Source of the DNA: Candidatus Eiseniibacteriota bacterium
GTDB taxonomy: Bacteria; Eisenbacteria; RBG-16-71-46; DASYSL01
Direction: 5' to 3'
Assembly: GCA_046598045.1 (NCBI GenBank)
Contig: JBKJJJ010000215.1
Span: 1 to 64,000 of the forward strand
Length of the DNA stretch: 64,000 bases
Shown here in pieces: positions 55,294 to 64,000 of the stretch (the stretch's first letter is position 1; each line of letters begins with the position of its first letter). The position numbers and the translations under genes were made by a program. The notes under the pieces were generated by a model, which worked only from the letters and a program-made list of their open reading frames with translations, had not been told where the DNA came from and did no database searches.

Positions 55294-56019
55294 ATGGCGC
55301 GCTTTCCGGTTTCGCTCCAGCGTCGCGAGGAGATCGCGGCCGGCACGTGGGCGTTCACGTTCGGACTCGAGGGGCGCGAGTTCTGGTTCAACCCGGGCCA
55401 GGCGATCGACCTGTTCCTGATCGATCCGCCGCACCCCGATCCGCGCGGCGCGCAGCACGCGTTCAGCATTGCGGGCACGGCCGGGCCGGGCGCGATCCAG
55501 ATCGCGACCCGCATCCGCGAGAGCGTGTGGAAGCAGAACCTGCTCGAGATGCCGCTCGGCACGAAGCTCGAGGCCGACGGTCCCTGGGGCGAGTTCACGC
55601 TACCGGGCGAGCCGGGGGACATCGTCATGCTCGCGGGCGGGATCGGCATCACCCCGTTCCGCGCGATGGCGCAGGACGCGACCGCGCGCTCGCTGCCGCA
55701 CGAGCTCTCGCTCATCCATGCGAACCGCACGCCCGAGGAGACGCCGTTCCTCGCCGAACTGAGGCGCTGGACGACCGCGCATCACCGCTTCACCTACCTG
55801 CCGACCATGACCCGGATGGAGGAGTCGCGCGCCCCGTGGGTGGGGGCCCTGGGCCGCATCGACGCCGCGTTCCTCAACGATGTGCTGGACGACGCGCGGA
55901 ACGAAGCGCGCTACATGGTGGCCGGGCCGGCGGCGTTCGTTGCGGCGGTCGTCGCCGCGCTGGGCGAGGTGGGCGTCGCGCCGGAGCGGATCCAGTCCGA
56001 GGACTTCCCCGGGTACTGA
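55294..56019 (+). CDS. FNR-like FAD/NAD(P)-binding oxidoreductase
   Basis: F.PGQ, HAFSIA, GPWGEF, AGGIGITPF and YMVAGP...EDF.GY. Confidence 0.88.
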   Translation: MARFPVSLQRREEIAAGTWAFTFGLEGREFWFNPGQAIDLFLIDPPHPDPRGAQHAFSIAGTAGPGAIQIATRIRESVWKQNLLEMPLGTKLEADGPWGEFTLPGEPGDIVMLAGGIGITPFRAMAQDATARSLPHELSLIHANRTPEETPFLAELRRWTTAHHRFTYLPTMTRMEESRAPWVGALGRIDAAFLNDVLDDARNEARYMVAGPAAFVAAVVAALGEVGVAPERIQSEDFPGY

Positions 56020-56102
56020 CCCGACAATGAACATTGAACCGGAGAGACTCGGGGAATACGCTGAAAGCGCCCCGTGTAGAAACGCTCCCGGGGAGGGGCT
56101 CC

Positions 56103-56363
56103 GTGCCCCGAATTTCCGAGTTCTACGGAATCATCATCGCCATGTACTTTGCAGACCACGCCCCGCCGCACTTCCACGCCATTTACGGTGAGTACCGGGC
56201 TGCGATTCGAATCTCCGATCTCGGACTACAGGCACGGAGGTTGCCCATGAACGCGCTTCGCCTGGTCCGGGAATGGGCGGCACTTCACCGCGAGGAGCTG
56301 AACGACAACTGGTACCGGGCCGGAATCGGGGAGCCTCTTCGCAGAATCGATCCCCTGTCATGA
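56103..56363 (+). CDS. DUF4160 domain protein (putative toxin of a TA-like pair)
   Basis: MPRISEFYGIIIAMYFADHAPPHFHAIYG...VREWAALHREEL..NW...IDPL. Confidence 0.88.
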   Translation: MPRISEFYGIIIAMYFADHAPPHFHAIYGEYRAAIRISDLGLQARRLPMNALRLVREWAALHREELNDNWYRAGIGEPLRRIDPLS

Positions 56364-56635
56364 GTGCCGCAAAACAACCGGGTATCATGCGGGTCGTCGA
56401 TGTGGCGGTTGCGGGGCCGCACGCTTTGCGTCTCCGTTTCGACGACGGCCTCGAGGGCGAAGTCGATCTGCGCTCCCACCTCATCGGCCCGGTGTTCGTC
56501 CCGCTCCGGGAGAGCGCCTACTTCGCGCGCGTACGGCTCGATGAACGCTGCGGCACAGTCGTGTGGCCCAACGAAGCGGACTTCGCCCCGGAATTCCTGC
56601 ACGACCTCGTGCGCAAGAACTCCGCTTCGGGCTAG
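56360..56635 (+). CDS. DUF2442 domain protein (putative antitoxin)
   Basis: LRLRFDDG.EGEVDL...GPVF.PL...GTVVWPNEADFAPEFL; ATGA overlap with the DUF4160 gene. Confidence 0.88.
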   Translation: MSAAKQPGIMRVVDVAVAGPHALRLRFDDGLEGEVDLRSHLIGPVFVPLRESAYFARVRLDERCGTVVWPNEADFAPEFLHDLVRKNSASG

Positions 56636-56706
56636 GTTCCCGCGCGAAGGCGCTCCGCGAATTCCACCCGGTCGGCGCTGCCGATAGAGGACGAGCCGTT
56701 TACCGG

Positions 56707-57603
56707 CTACTTTTCGGTGACGGCGTGACCGCCGAACTCGTTGCGCAGCGCGGCCAGGACCTTGCCCGCGAATGAGTCGTCCTGGCGCGAGCGGAAGCGC
56801 ATCTGCAGCGAGAGCGCGAGCACCGGCATCGGGACCGCGCGGTCGATCGACTCGGCGAGCGTCCAGCGGCCCTCGCCCGAGTCCTGCACCACGCCCTTGA
56901 GCTGCGCCAGGTCCGGGTCCTTCTTGAACGCGCGGCCCGCGAGCTCGAGCAGCCACGAGCGCACGACCGAGCCCTGCATCCACAGGTCCGACAGGTCGGA
57001 CAGGTCGTACTGGTAATCGCTCGCGCGCAGAATCTCGAAGCCCTCGGCGTAGGCCTGCATCATGCCGTACTCGATCGCGTTGTGGACCATCTTCGAGTAG
57101 TGGCCGGCGCCTGACGGCCCGAGCCAGCGGTAGCCGCTCGGCGGGGCGAGGGTCTTGAGCGCGGGCTCGACGAGGTCGAACGCCGCGCGCTCGCCGCCGA
57201 GCATCATGCAGTAGCCCTCGGTCAGTCCCCAAACCCCGCCGGAGGTTCCCTGGTCGAGGAAGCGCAGCCCCTTCGCGGCCATCATCGCGGCGCGGCGGAC
57301 CGAATCTTTGTAGTAGGAGTTGCCGCCGTCGACGATCACGTCCCCGGGCGAACAGGCGGCGAGGAGCTGGTTGAGCACCTGCTCGGTGGCATCCCCGGCC
57401 GGCACCATCAGCCAGATCGCGCGCGGGGCCTCGAGCTTCGCGACCAGCGCGGGGACGTCCGGCGCGCCCTCGCCGCCGTGCGACTCGAGGTCCCGGATCG
57501 AGTCCGCGTCGCGCGCCGTGCCGACCACCGCGTGGCCCCCGCGCAGGAGCCGCGTGGCCATGTTGCCGCCCATCTTGCCGAGACCGATCATGCCGACGCG
57601 CAT
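56707..57603 (-). CDS. gnd: 6-phosphogluconate dehydrogenase, decarboxylating, short (YqeC) type
   Basis: IGLGKMG, DGGNS, SGGVWG, GAGHYSKMVHNAIEYG, DSGEGRW and LRNEFGGH. Confidence 0.96.
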   Translation of the reverse strand: MRVGMIGLGKMGGNMATRLLRGGHAVVGTARDADSIRDLESHGGEGAPDVPALVAKLEAPRAIWLMVPAGDATEQVLNQLLAACSPGDVIVDGGNSYYKDSVRRAAMMAAKGLRFLDQGTSGGVWGLTEGYCMMLGGERAAFDLVEPALKTLAPPSGYRWLGPSGAGHYSKMVHNAIEYGMMQAYAEGFEILRASDYQYDLSDLSDLWMQGSVVRSWLLELAGRAFKKDPDLAQLKGVVQDSGEGRWTLAESIDRAVPMPVLALSLQMRFRSRQDDSFAGKVLAALRNEFGGHAVTEK

Positions 57604-57693
57604 CAGGAGACTCCGGGAAGGGGAAACGCCGCGCCCCGGGACGGGGCCGGCCCGCGGGCAGAATACCGCAATCTGCGGTATCCTGCGGCCCGT

Positions 57694-58548
57694 ATGGATA
57701 CCGGGGGGACACCGCTGACTGACGGCTTCGTGGGCGAAGAGGTCGCGCGCCGTTTCGAGGCGCTCGACGCCGATTATGCCGCCCGCATGGTGACGCTGCG
57801 CGCGGTGATGGCGCCCGAGGGCGGCGCCGAGGCGCTCGTCGTCGGCGGCGCGACCTGCGCCTGGTTCGCCCCCGAGTCCGTGCTGTCGCACGTCTACGGT
57901 CTCGGCCTCTTCGCCGAGGCGACCGACTCCGACCTCGAGGCGATCGAGGCGTTCTATCGCTCCAAGGGCGATGCCCGCCTGCAGGTCGAACTCTGCCCGT
58001 TCGCACGCACGTCCACGCTCCAGCGTCTCGGCGCGCGTGGCTACTTCGTGACCGGGTTCGAGCACGTCCTGGCGCGGCCGCTCCGCCTGCCCCTGTCTGC
58101 CGCGCCTGCCGGGAGCGACGCGCGCATCACCGTGCGCGCCGTGGACGCGCGCTCGGAGACGGCGCGGGCGGAGTGGTCGCAGCTCGCCGGCGAGGCGTTC
58201 TTCGCGCCCGACCTCGTGCCGCGTTCGCTCGAGGGCGTGTTCGAGGTGACGCCGCAGCTCCCGGACACGACCGTCTTTTTCGCGGACGTGGACGGGCGCC
58301 CGGCCGCGGTCGCGGGGTTGACGGTTTCCGCGGGGATCGGAGTCCTGTTCGCCGCGGCGACCCTGCGCGCGGCGCGGCGCCTGGGGGCACAAGGGGCGCT
58401 GCTCAAGGCCCGTCTCGAGGCCGCCGCGGCCGCGGGAGCCGCGTGGGCCACCGCCGGGGCGACCCCCGGCAGCGGGTCCCATCACAATATGGAACGCCAA
58501 GGATTTCGGGTGGCGTACACTCGGGCCGTCCTCTTGAAACGTCTCTGA
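57694..58548 (+). CDS. GNAT family acetyltransferase
   Basis: LFAAATLRAARRLGAQGALL..RL and PGSGSHHNMERQGF..AYTR. Confidence 0.85.
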   Translation: MDTGGTPLTDGFVGEEVARRFEALDADYAARMVTLRAVMAPEGGAEALVVGGATCAWFAPESVLSHVYGLGLFAEATDSDLEAIEAFYRSKGDARLQVELCPFARTSTLQRLGARGYFVTGFEHVLARPLRLPLSAAPAGSDARITVRAVDARSETARAEWSQLAGEAFFAPDLVPRSLEGVFEVTPQLPDTTVFFADVDGRPAAVAGLTVSAGIGVLFAAATLRAARRLGAQGALLKARLEAAAAAGAAWATAGATPGSGSHHNMERQGFRVAYTRAVLLKRL

Positions 58549-58567
58549 GTTCGCGGAGGAGCCGACG

Positions 58568-61018
58568 GTGAAGATCCCGCACGATCCCGCCGATTCGCAA
58601 GGGCCGCGCCGGCGCGGGCGACCCCCGCGCGACGCGTCGCTCGCGCCGGGCGATCCGGGCGTGCTCGGCGGCCCGGGCGCGGAGACGTTCGCGCGCGCAA
58701 TCCTGCACTCCCTCCCGGCGCACCTCGCGGTGATCGAAACCGACGGCCGCATCGTCGCCGTCAACAAGGCGTGGGAGAAATTCTCGCAGGAGGTCTCGGA
58801 CACCTGGCCGGACATTCCGGGCCTGGGCGAGAACTACCTCGACGCCCTGGAAGAGGGGCGCGCGCTCGAGCGCGAGCGCGCGCGCGAGGCCGCGTCCGGC
58901 ATCCAGGAGGTGCTCGATCGCCGGCGCGCGCGCTTCGAGCTCGAATACGGGATCGAGACCGTCGGCGGCGTGCGCTGGTTCCTGCTGTGTGTCACGCCGC
59001 TGCTCGGGGCCGAGGGCGGCGCCGTGATCGCCCACACCGAGATCACCGCCCGCAAGCAGGCGGAGGTCACCGCCAACCAGAAGCACGAGATCCTGCACGC
59101 GGTGCTAGAGAGCAGCGCCGACGGCATCGTCGTCGCCGGTGCGGACGGAGAGTTCCTGCTGTTCAATGCCGCCGCGCGAGAGATCGCGGGCGTGGGCCTG
59201 ATCGAGAGCCCGCCCGAAAAGTGGAACGAGGACTTCGGCATCTTCCATCCGGGCGGCCCGATGATGCGCCTCGAGGAGCTGCCGCTCTATCGCGCGATGC
59301 TGGGCCAGTCCACCGACCGCGTGCGCATGCACCTCAGGAACCCCGCCGTTCCCGAAGGGCACGACATCGAGATTTCCGGTCGCCCGTGGAGCGTGCCGGG
59401 CGCCAGGCTCTCGGGTGGCGTGGTGGTCTTCCGCGACGTCACGAGCGAGGCCCTCGCACAGGCGAAGGTGCGCTTTCAGGCCGGCGTGCTCGACGCCGTG
59501 CCGAACGCGGTGCTGGCGCTCGATCCCGAAGGCAAGGTCGTGTACTGGAACCGGGGGGCGGAGCGGCTGATCGGCTGGACCTCGGCCGACCTCGTGGGCC
59601 GGCGCGGCCGGGACGTGCTGCTGTCCGAGGACGAGCGGGCGCAGGTCGACGGCATCCGCGCGTACTGCGAGGGCGGCGGCATCTTCCGTGGCGAGTTTCC
59701 GGCGCGGCGCCCGGACGGCACGCAGGTTCCGATCCTCGCGCTCGCGAGCGCACTGCGCGACGAGGCGGACGCGCTCACCGGTTTCGTCGTCGTCGGCGTG
59801 GACCTGACCGATCTGCGCACCACGCAGGACGCATTGCGCGCGCGCGAGGCCGAGTTGCGCCAGTTCCAGAAGATGGAGGCGATCGGACGGCTCGCCGGCG
59901 GGGTCGCGCACGACTTCAACAACCTGCTGACCGTGATCCGCGGATACATGGACCTGCTGCTCATGCGGCTGCCCGAAAGCGAGCCCGTGCGCGAGGATGC
60001 GTTGCAGGTCGCGCGCGCGGCCGACCGCGCGGCGGAACTGACGGGGCAGCTGCTCGCCTTCAGCCGCAGCCGGCCGATCGCGAGCGCGCTCGTCGACATG
60101 AACCAGGTGGTCTCCGAGTTCCTGCCGATGCTCCAGCGCACGCTCGGCGAGAACATCAAGGTTGAGGCCAGGCTCGATTCGGATCTTGGCGTGGTGCGCG
60201 CCGACGCGGGCCAGATCGGCCAGGTGCTGCTCAACCTGGCGCTCAACGCGCGCGACGCGATGCCCGAGGGCGGGACGCTCACGATCGGCACCGAGAACGC
60301 CGAGCTCGACGCGAGCTACCCCGGCACGCACGTCCCGCTGCCACCCGGGTCGTATGTCCGGCTGTCGGTCGGGGACACGGGCATCGGCATGGACGAGGAG
60401 ACGCGCGCGCGCGTGTTCGAGCCGTTCTTCACGACCAAGGGGCCGGGACAGGGGACGGGCCTCGGGCTTTCGACCGCCTACGGCATCGTGCGCCAGCATG
60501 ACGGCGCGATCTGGATCTACAGCGAGTTGGGCCACGGCACGACCGTGCGGCTCTACCTGCCGCGCGTGCACGATGCGTTCACCGCGCCCGCGCCGCCGGC
60601 GCCGGAGTCCGTCGCCGCACCCGGCGGCGAGACCATCCTGCTGGTCGAGGACGAGAGCGCCGTGCGCCAGGTCGCGCGCCGGCTGCTCGAGACGCGCGGT
60701 TACCACGTGCTCGAGGCCGAGGGCGGCGAAACCGCGCTCGCCCATGCACGCGTACGCGCGCTGGGCATCGACCTGCTGTTGACCGACGTGATCATGCCCG
60801 GAATGAACGGACGTGAGGTCGCGGAAGCCGTGCGGGCGCTGCGCCCCGGGCTGCGCGTGCTCTACGTGTCCGGGCACTCGGGCGAGGTGCTCAATCGCCT
60901 GGGCGGCCTCGGGCCCGGTGCGCATTTCCTGACGAAACCGTTTTCCACGAACGAGCTGTGCGATGCCGTGCGCAAGGCCCTCGATGGTCCGGCCGGGCCC
61001 GGCACCGCGTCTTCCTGA
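58568..61018 (+). CDS. PAS-domain hybrid sensor histidine kinase/response regulator
   Basis: Three PAS domains, GRLAGGVAHDFNNLL, NARDAM, FEPFFTTK, GTGLGL and receiver LLTDVIMPGMNG...KPF. Confidence 0.95.
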   Translation: MKIPHDPADSQGPRRRGRPPRDASLAPGDPGVLGGPGAETFARAILHSLPAHLAVIETDGRIVAVNKAWEKFSQEVSDTWPDIPGLGENYLDALEEGRALERERAREAASGIQEVLDRRRARFELEYGIETVGGVRWFLLCVTPLLGAEGGAVIAHTEITARKQAEVTANQKHEILHAVLESSADGIVVAGADGEFLLFNAAAREIAGVGLIESPPEKWNEDFGIFHPGGPMMRLEELPLYRAMLGQSTDRVRMHLRNPAVPEGHDIEISGRPWSVPGARLSGGVVVFRDVTSEALAQAKVRFQAGVLDAVPNAVLALDPEGKVVYWNRGAERLIGWTSADLVGRRGRDVLLSEDERAQVDGIRAYCEGGGIFRGEFPARRPDGTQVPILALASALRDEADALTGFVVVGVDLTDLRTTQDALRAREAELRQFQKMEAIGRLAGGVAHDFNNLLTVIRGYMDLLLMRLPESEPVREDALQVARAADRAAELTGQLLAFSRSRPIASALVDMNQVVSEFLPMLQRTLGENIKVEARLDSDLGVVRADAGQIGQVLLNLALNARDAMPEGGTLTIGTENAELDASYPGTHVPLPPGSYVRLSVGDTGIGMDEETRARVFEPFFTTKGPGQGTGLGLSTAYGIVRQHDGAIWIYSELGHGTTVRLYLPRVHDAFTAPAPPAPESVAAPGGETILLVEDESAVRQVARRLLETRGYHVLEAEGGETALAHARVRALGIDLLLTDVIMPGMNGREVAEAVRALRPGLRVLYVSGHSGEVLNRLGGLGPGAHFLTKPFSTNELCDAVRKALDGPAGPGTASS

Positions 61019-61043
61019 CGTCATCGATTCCCGGAGGCAACGC

Positions 61044-62438
61044 ATGGAGTTCCCCGCCGAACCATTTCGCATCAAGGTCGTCGAGACACTCCGCCCGACC
61101 ACGCGCGAGGAGCGCGTCGGGTGGCTCGAGGCGGCCGGATACAACCTGTTCCAGGTCCCGGCGGAGTCGATCTACATCGACCTCCTGACCGACAGCGGCA
61201 CGTCGGCCATGAGCGACAAACAGTGGGCCGCGCTGATGGTGGGGGACGAGTCCTACGCCGGCAGCCGCAGCTTCTACCGCTTCGAATCCGTCGTGCGCGA
61301 TCTGTTCGGATTCCACCACGTGATCCCCACGCACCAGGGGCGCATGGCCGAGAACCTGCTGTTCCATGCGGTGGTCAGCCCGGGCGACATCGTCCCGAAC
61401 AACATCCACTTCGACACCACCCGCGCGAACGCCGAGCAGGCGGGCGCGGAGGCGCTCGATCTGGTCGTGCCGGAGGGCCTCGATCCCCAGCACCGGGGCC
61501 TGTTCAAGGGCAACATGGACGTGGCCCGGCTCGACCACGTGCTCACCGAGCACAAGGGCCGCGTGCCGGTCGTGATGCTGACGATCACGAACAACTCGGG
61601 CGGCGGCCAGCCGGTCTCGATGGCGAACGTGCGCGCCACCTCCGAGGTCTGCCGCCGCCACGGCGTCCCGTTGTTCTTCGACGCGTGCCGCTTCGCCGAG
61701 AACTGCTGGTTCATCCAGCAGCGCGAACCGGGCTATGCCGGCAAGAGCGTGAAGCAGATCGCGCAGGAACTGTTCGCCTTCGGCGAAGGCTGCACCATGA
61801 GCGCGAAGAAGGACGGCCTCGTCAACATCGGCGGTTTCGTCGCGATGAACGACGCGTCCTGGGCGGAGAAGATCACGCACCGCCTGATCCTGGTCGAAGG
61901 TTTTTCGACCTACGGCGGCCTCGCCGGCCGCGATCTCGAAGCGATCGCCCAGGGGCTCACCGAGGTGCTCGACGAACACTACCTTGCGTTCCGCATCGGC
62001 CAGGTCCGGCGGTTGGCCGAGACGCTGACCGATGCGGGCGTGCCGATCATCCAGCCGCCGGGCGGGCACGCGGTCTATCTCGACGCCCGCGCGATTGCGC
62101 CTCATATCCCGCCGGCCGGGTTCCCGGGGCAGGCGATCGCGGTCGCGCTCTACCGCGACTACGGCATCCGCGGCGTGGAGATCGGGAGCCTCATGTTCGG
62201 CGGCGCCGACCCCCGCACGGGCAAGGAAACCGCGCCGGCGCTCGAGCTGGTGCGGCTCGCGATCCCGCGGCGCGTCTACACCGAGGCGCAGCTCGGTTAC
62301 GTGGCGAAAAGCGTGATCGAGGTCCACCAGAACGCTTCCGGGCTGCGCGGGCTCCGGATCACGCACGGTGCGCCGTTCCTGCGCCATTTCACGGCCTCCC
62401 TTGAGGAGCTCCCGGAGGGCGTCCCGGCGGTCGGCTGA
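61044..62438 (+). CDS. tnaA: Tryptophanase (beta-eliminating lyase)
   Basis: EPFRIK, IDLLTDSGT, MSAKKDG and LRHFTA. These last two motifs favour TnaA over tyrosine phenol-lyase (MSGKKD/LRFFTA). Confidence 0.85.
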   Translation: MEFPAEPFRIKVVETLRPTTREERVGWLEAAGYNLFQVPAESIYIDLLTDSGTSAMSDKQWAALMVGDESYAGSRSFYRFESVVRDLFGFHHVIPTHQGRMAENLLFHAVVSPGDIVPNNIHFDTTRANAEQAGAEALDLVVPEGLDPQHRGLFKGNMDVARLDHVLTEHKGRVPVVMLTITNNSGGGQPVSMANVRATSEVCRRHGVPLFFDACRFAENCWFIQQREPGYAGKSVKQIAQELFAFGEGCTMSAKKDGLVNIGGFVAMNDASWAEKITHRLILVEGFSTYGGLAGRDLEAIAQGLTEVLDEHYLAFRIGQVRRLAETLTDAGVPIIQPPGGHAVYLDARAIAPHIPPAGFPGQAIAVALYRDYGIRGVEIGSLMFGGADPRTGKETAPALELVRLAIPRRVYTEAQLGYVAKSVIEVHQNASGLRGLRITHGAPFLRHFTASLEELPEGVPAVG

Positions 62439-62542
62439 ACTTTCCGGCCGTTCCGGGGTATGCTGGTGGGGTCCCGCCCGGGACTCGGGCGTTCCAATGC
62501 ACGCATTCAGGGGGATTGAAATTGGCGACTCGTTTTCACGTC

Positions 62543-63481
62543 ATGCGGTCCGCAGGGGCCACGCTCGGGGCGCTCGTCGCGCTGCTCGGCGCCGCCGGTT
62601 GCGGCGCGTCGCGGCACGACGCGGTGACGAATCTGTCTTCGGTGCGCACGGGTCCGATCGCGGCCACCGGGGCGCCGGTGAACCCCGCGCTCACCGACGC
62701 GGCGGCCCTGCTCGCCGCGCGCAAGCAGAAGCTCGGCCATCCCTGGTTCCCGATGGTTCCGGGCGCGTACGTTGACTACCGCGTGACGCGCCTCGGCGTG
62801 GGGCTGCGCTACGTGCGCGTCGCGGTCGGCGCGCCGGAGCTCTTCTTCGGGCGGCTCGCGACGCCGTTCGTCTACGACGACGTCCCCGGCCAGGTGCGCG
62901 ACTCCACCCTGTACGGCCTGCACCAGTACTTCTCGATCTCGCCGCGGGGCGACGTCTGGTTCCACGGCGCGCAGAACAACGGCTTCATGTCCCACACCGA
63001 TCCGCCCGTGCGGCAGTTGCTCGCCTCGCCGACGCCGGGGGAGACGTGGGCGGACACGGTCCAGTTCGAGAGCTTCTTTCCGGGGATGGTCCTGTTCGTG
63101 CGCGACAACTACCTGTACTCGTGGACGCTCTCGGATCCGGCGAAACTCGTGCTGCCGGGCGGCGTCTTCCGGGCGGTGCGTGCCGGCGCGAGCATCGACG
63201 ATGCGCCGGTCGCGGGCGTGCGCTCGCCCATGCACACCGAGGTCGGTGGGCTCACGCCCGGGAACGCCGCGCTCGAGGCGTTCGCGCGACTCGGATTGAC
63301 GCCGCTGCCCGAGCCGTTGCGCGGCTCATGGTTCTCGCGCCACGACGGCATGGTCGCGCGCGATTGGCCCTCGGGTGCGGGCGTGGTCAATCTCAACTCG
63401 GTGACGTTGGAGCGCATCGGGAGCGGGACCGGGCCGGTGCCGCCGCCCACGCCACCACCCCTTCCGCCGGGTACCGGCTAA
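62543..63481 (+). CDS. Hypothetical lipoprotein
   Basis: Lipobox LGAAGC; WFPM.PG motif and beta-rich body. Confidence 0.65.
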   Translation: MRSAGATLGALVALLGAAGCGASRHDAVTNLSSVRTGPIAATGAPVNPALTDAAALLAARKQKLGHPWFPMVPGAYVDYRVTRLGVGLRYVRVAVGAPELFFGRLATPFVYDDVPGQVRDSTLYGLHQYFSISPRGDVWFHGAQNNGFMSHTDPPVRQLLASPTPGETWADTVQFESFFPGMVLFVRDNYLYSWTLSDPAKLVLPGGVFRAVRAGASIDDAPVAGVRSPMHTEVGGLTPGNAALEAFARLGLTPLPEPLRGSWFSRHDGMVARDWPSGAGVVNLNSVTLERIGSGTGPVPPPTPPPLPPGTG

Positions 63482-63966
63482 GCCGCGGCGGAGAGCGGCC
63501 CGGCGTCGCTCATCGCGGCGGGATCCTCGGCGAGTCCGAGGATGCGCTCCGATGCGTTCGCGTGATCGAACCCCAGGCGCGCCTCCTCCGACAACCACAC
63601 CGACTCGTAGTGCCCCGGCTCGCCCGCGAGCGTGACGAACATCGCGCCCAGGAACAGCGCCCGTGCCCGCGTGTTCTGCGCCGCGCGTGCGAGCAGCGTG
63701 CGGAAGTCGGGCGTTGGCTCGCAGGCCACGACGAGGCAGCGCGCGGCCGCGTGCGCCATGGTTGACGCACGCACGCCGCGGACGAGGTCGAGCACGACGA
63801 CCGAGGCGCCTTCGTGCAGCGCCTGGCGCAGGTCGGAGTCCAGGCGCTCGGCGGAGGTCGCGCGCAACGAGAGCGGGCCCTGCGCGGCCTCGGTGATGTC
63901 CTCGCCGAGCACCACGGTGAAGCGTCCGCGCACCGCGAACTCCTCGGCGAGCGCGCGCGCGGTCAC
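63478..63966 (-). CDS. Hypothetical protein
   Basis: GTG start overlaps (GTGA) the stop of an upstream frame running off the window end; alpha/beta pattern. Confidence 0.5.
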   Translation of the reverse strand: MTARALAEEFAVRGRFTVVLGEDITEAAQGPLSLRATSAERLDSDLRQALHEGASVVVLDLVRGVRASTMAHAAARCLVVACEPTPDFRTLLARAAQNTRARALFLGAMFVTLAGEPGHYESVWLSEEARLGFDHANASERILGLAEDPAAMSDAGPLSAAA

Positions 63967-64000
63967 GCTTCGGCCCGCGGCCGGCGGCGCGCCGAGCCAG

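Noticed and set aside
56661..56687. GCCGATAG as a second sigma28 promoter
   Set aside because: There is no matching -35 element and it points into the 3' end of a convergent gene.
1..64000. Many long overlapping or antisense ORFs in the track (e.g. 18144-22229, 27299-30823, 31045-34080, 44475-48467)
   Set aside because: They are Arg/Ala/Gly-rich shadow frames of real genes, expected at high GC, and carry no family motifs.
1..64000. CRISPR array or regularly spaced non-coding repeats
   Set aside because: None seen in any intergenic region; the repeats found are protein-coding and degenerate at DNA level.

Overview
A GC-rich bacterial chromosomal window with about 55 genes and one tRNA-Cys. 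Proteins with FlgD-Ig tails, C-terminal WGxLKxxYR tails and a GWxTD domain suggest a Candidatus Eisenbacteria/Latescibacteria-like (FCB-related) diderm; this placement is inference only. Most genes are ordinary: the egtD 3' end, csp, msrB, fasciclin, HDAC, AKR, GPx, MarR-arsM, acnA, mscL, ACAD, two ECF sigma/anti-sigma pairs, cax, penicillin acylase, pyk, gnd, a hybrid kinase and tnaA. Four things stand out. (1) A translationally coupled minus-strand operon (40026-49528) resembles the Agl-Glt core: a giant TPR protein that appears to fuse GltC/D/E-like parts, a GltF-like protein, ExbB plus two ExbD (one lacking the proton-carrying Asp) and a GltG/AgmX-like protein, preceded by a near-consensus sigma28 promoter. 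(2) Two unrelated secreted proteins share a C-terminal WGxLKxxYR tail, a candidate sorting signal; one lies next to a cohesin/dockerin/FlgD surface-protein pair. (3) An IS1-like element has 31-bp terminal inverted repeats, and its left end supplies the egtD stop codon. (4) Several readable regulatory signals are present: divergent SigK-like promoters, a MarR operator and leaderless -10 boxes. All family calls come from motif recognition by eye; no database searches were run.
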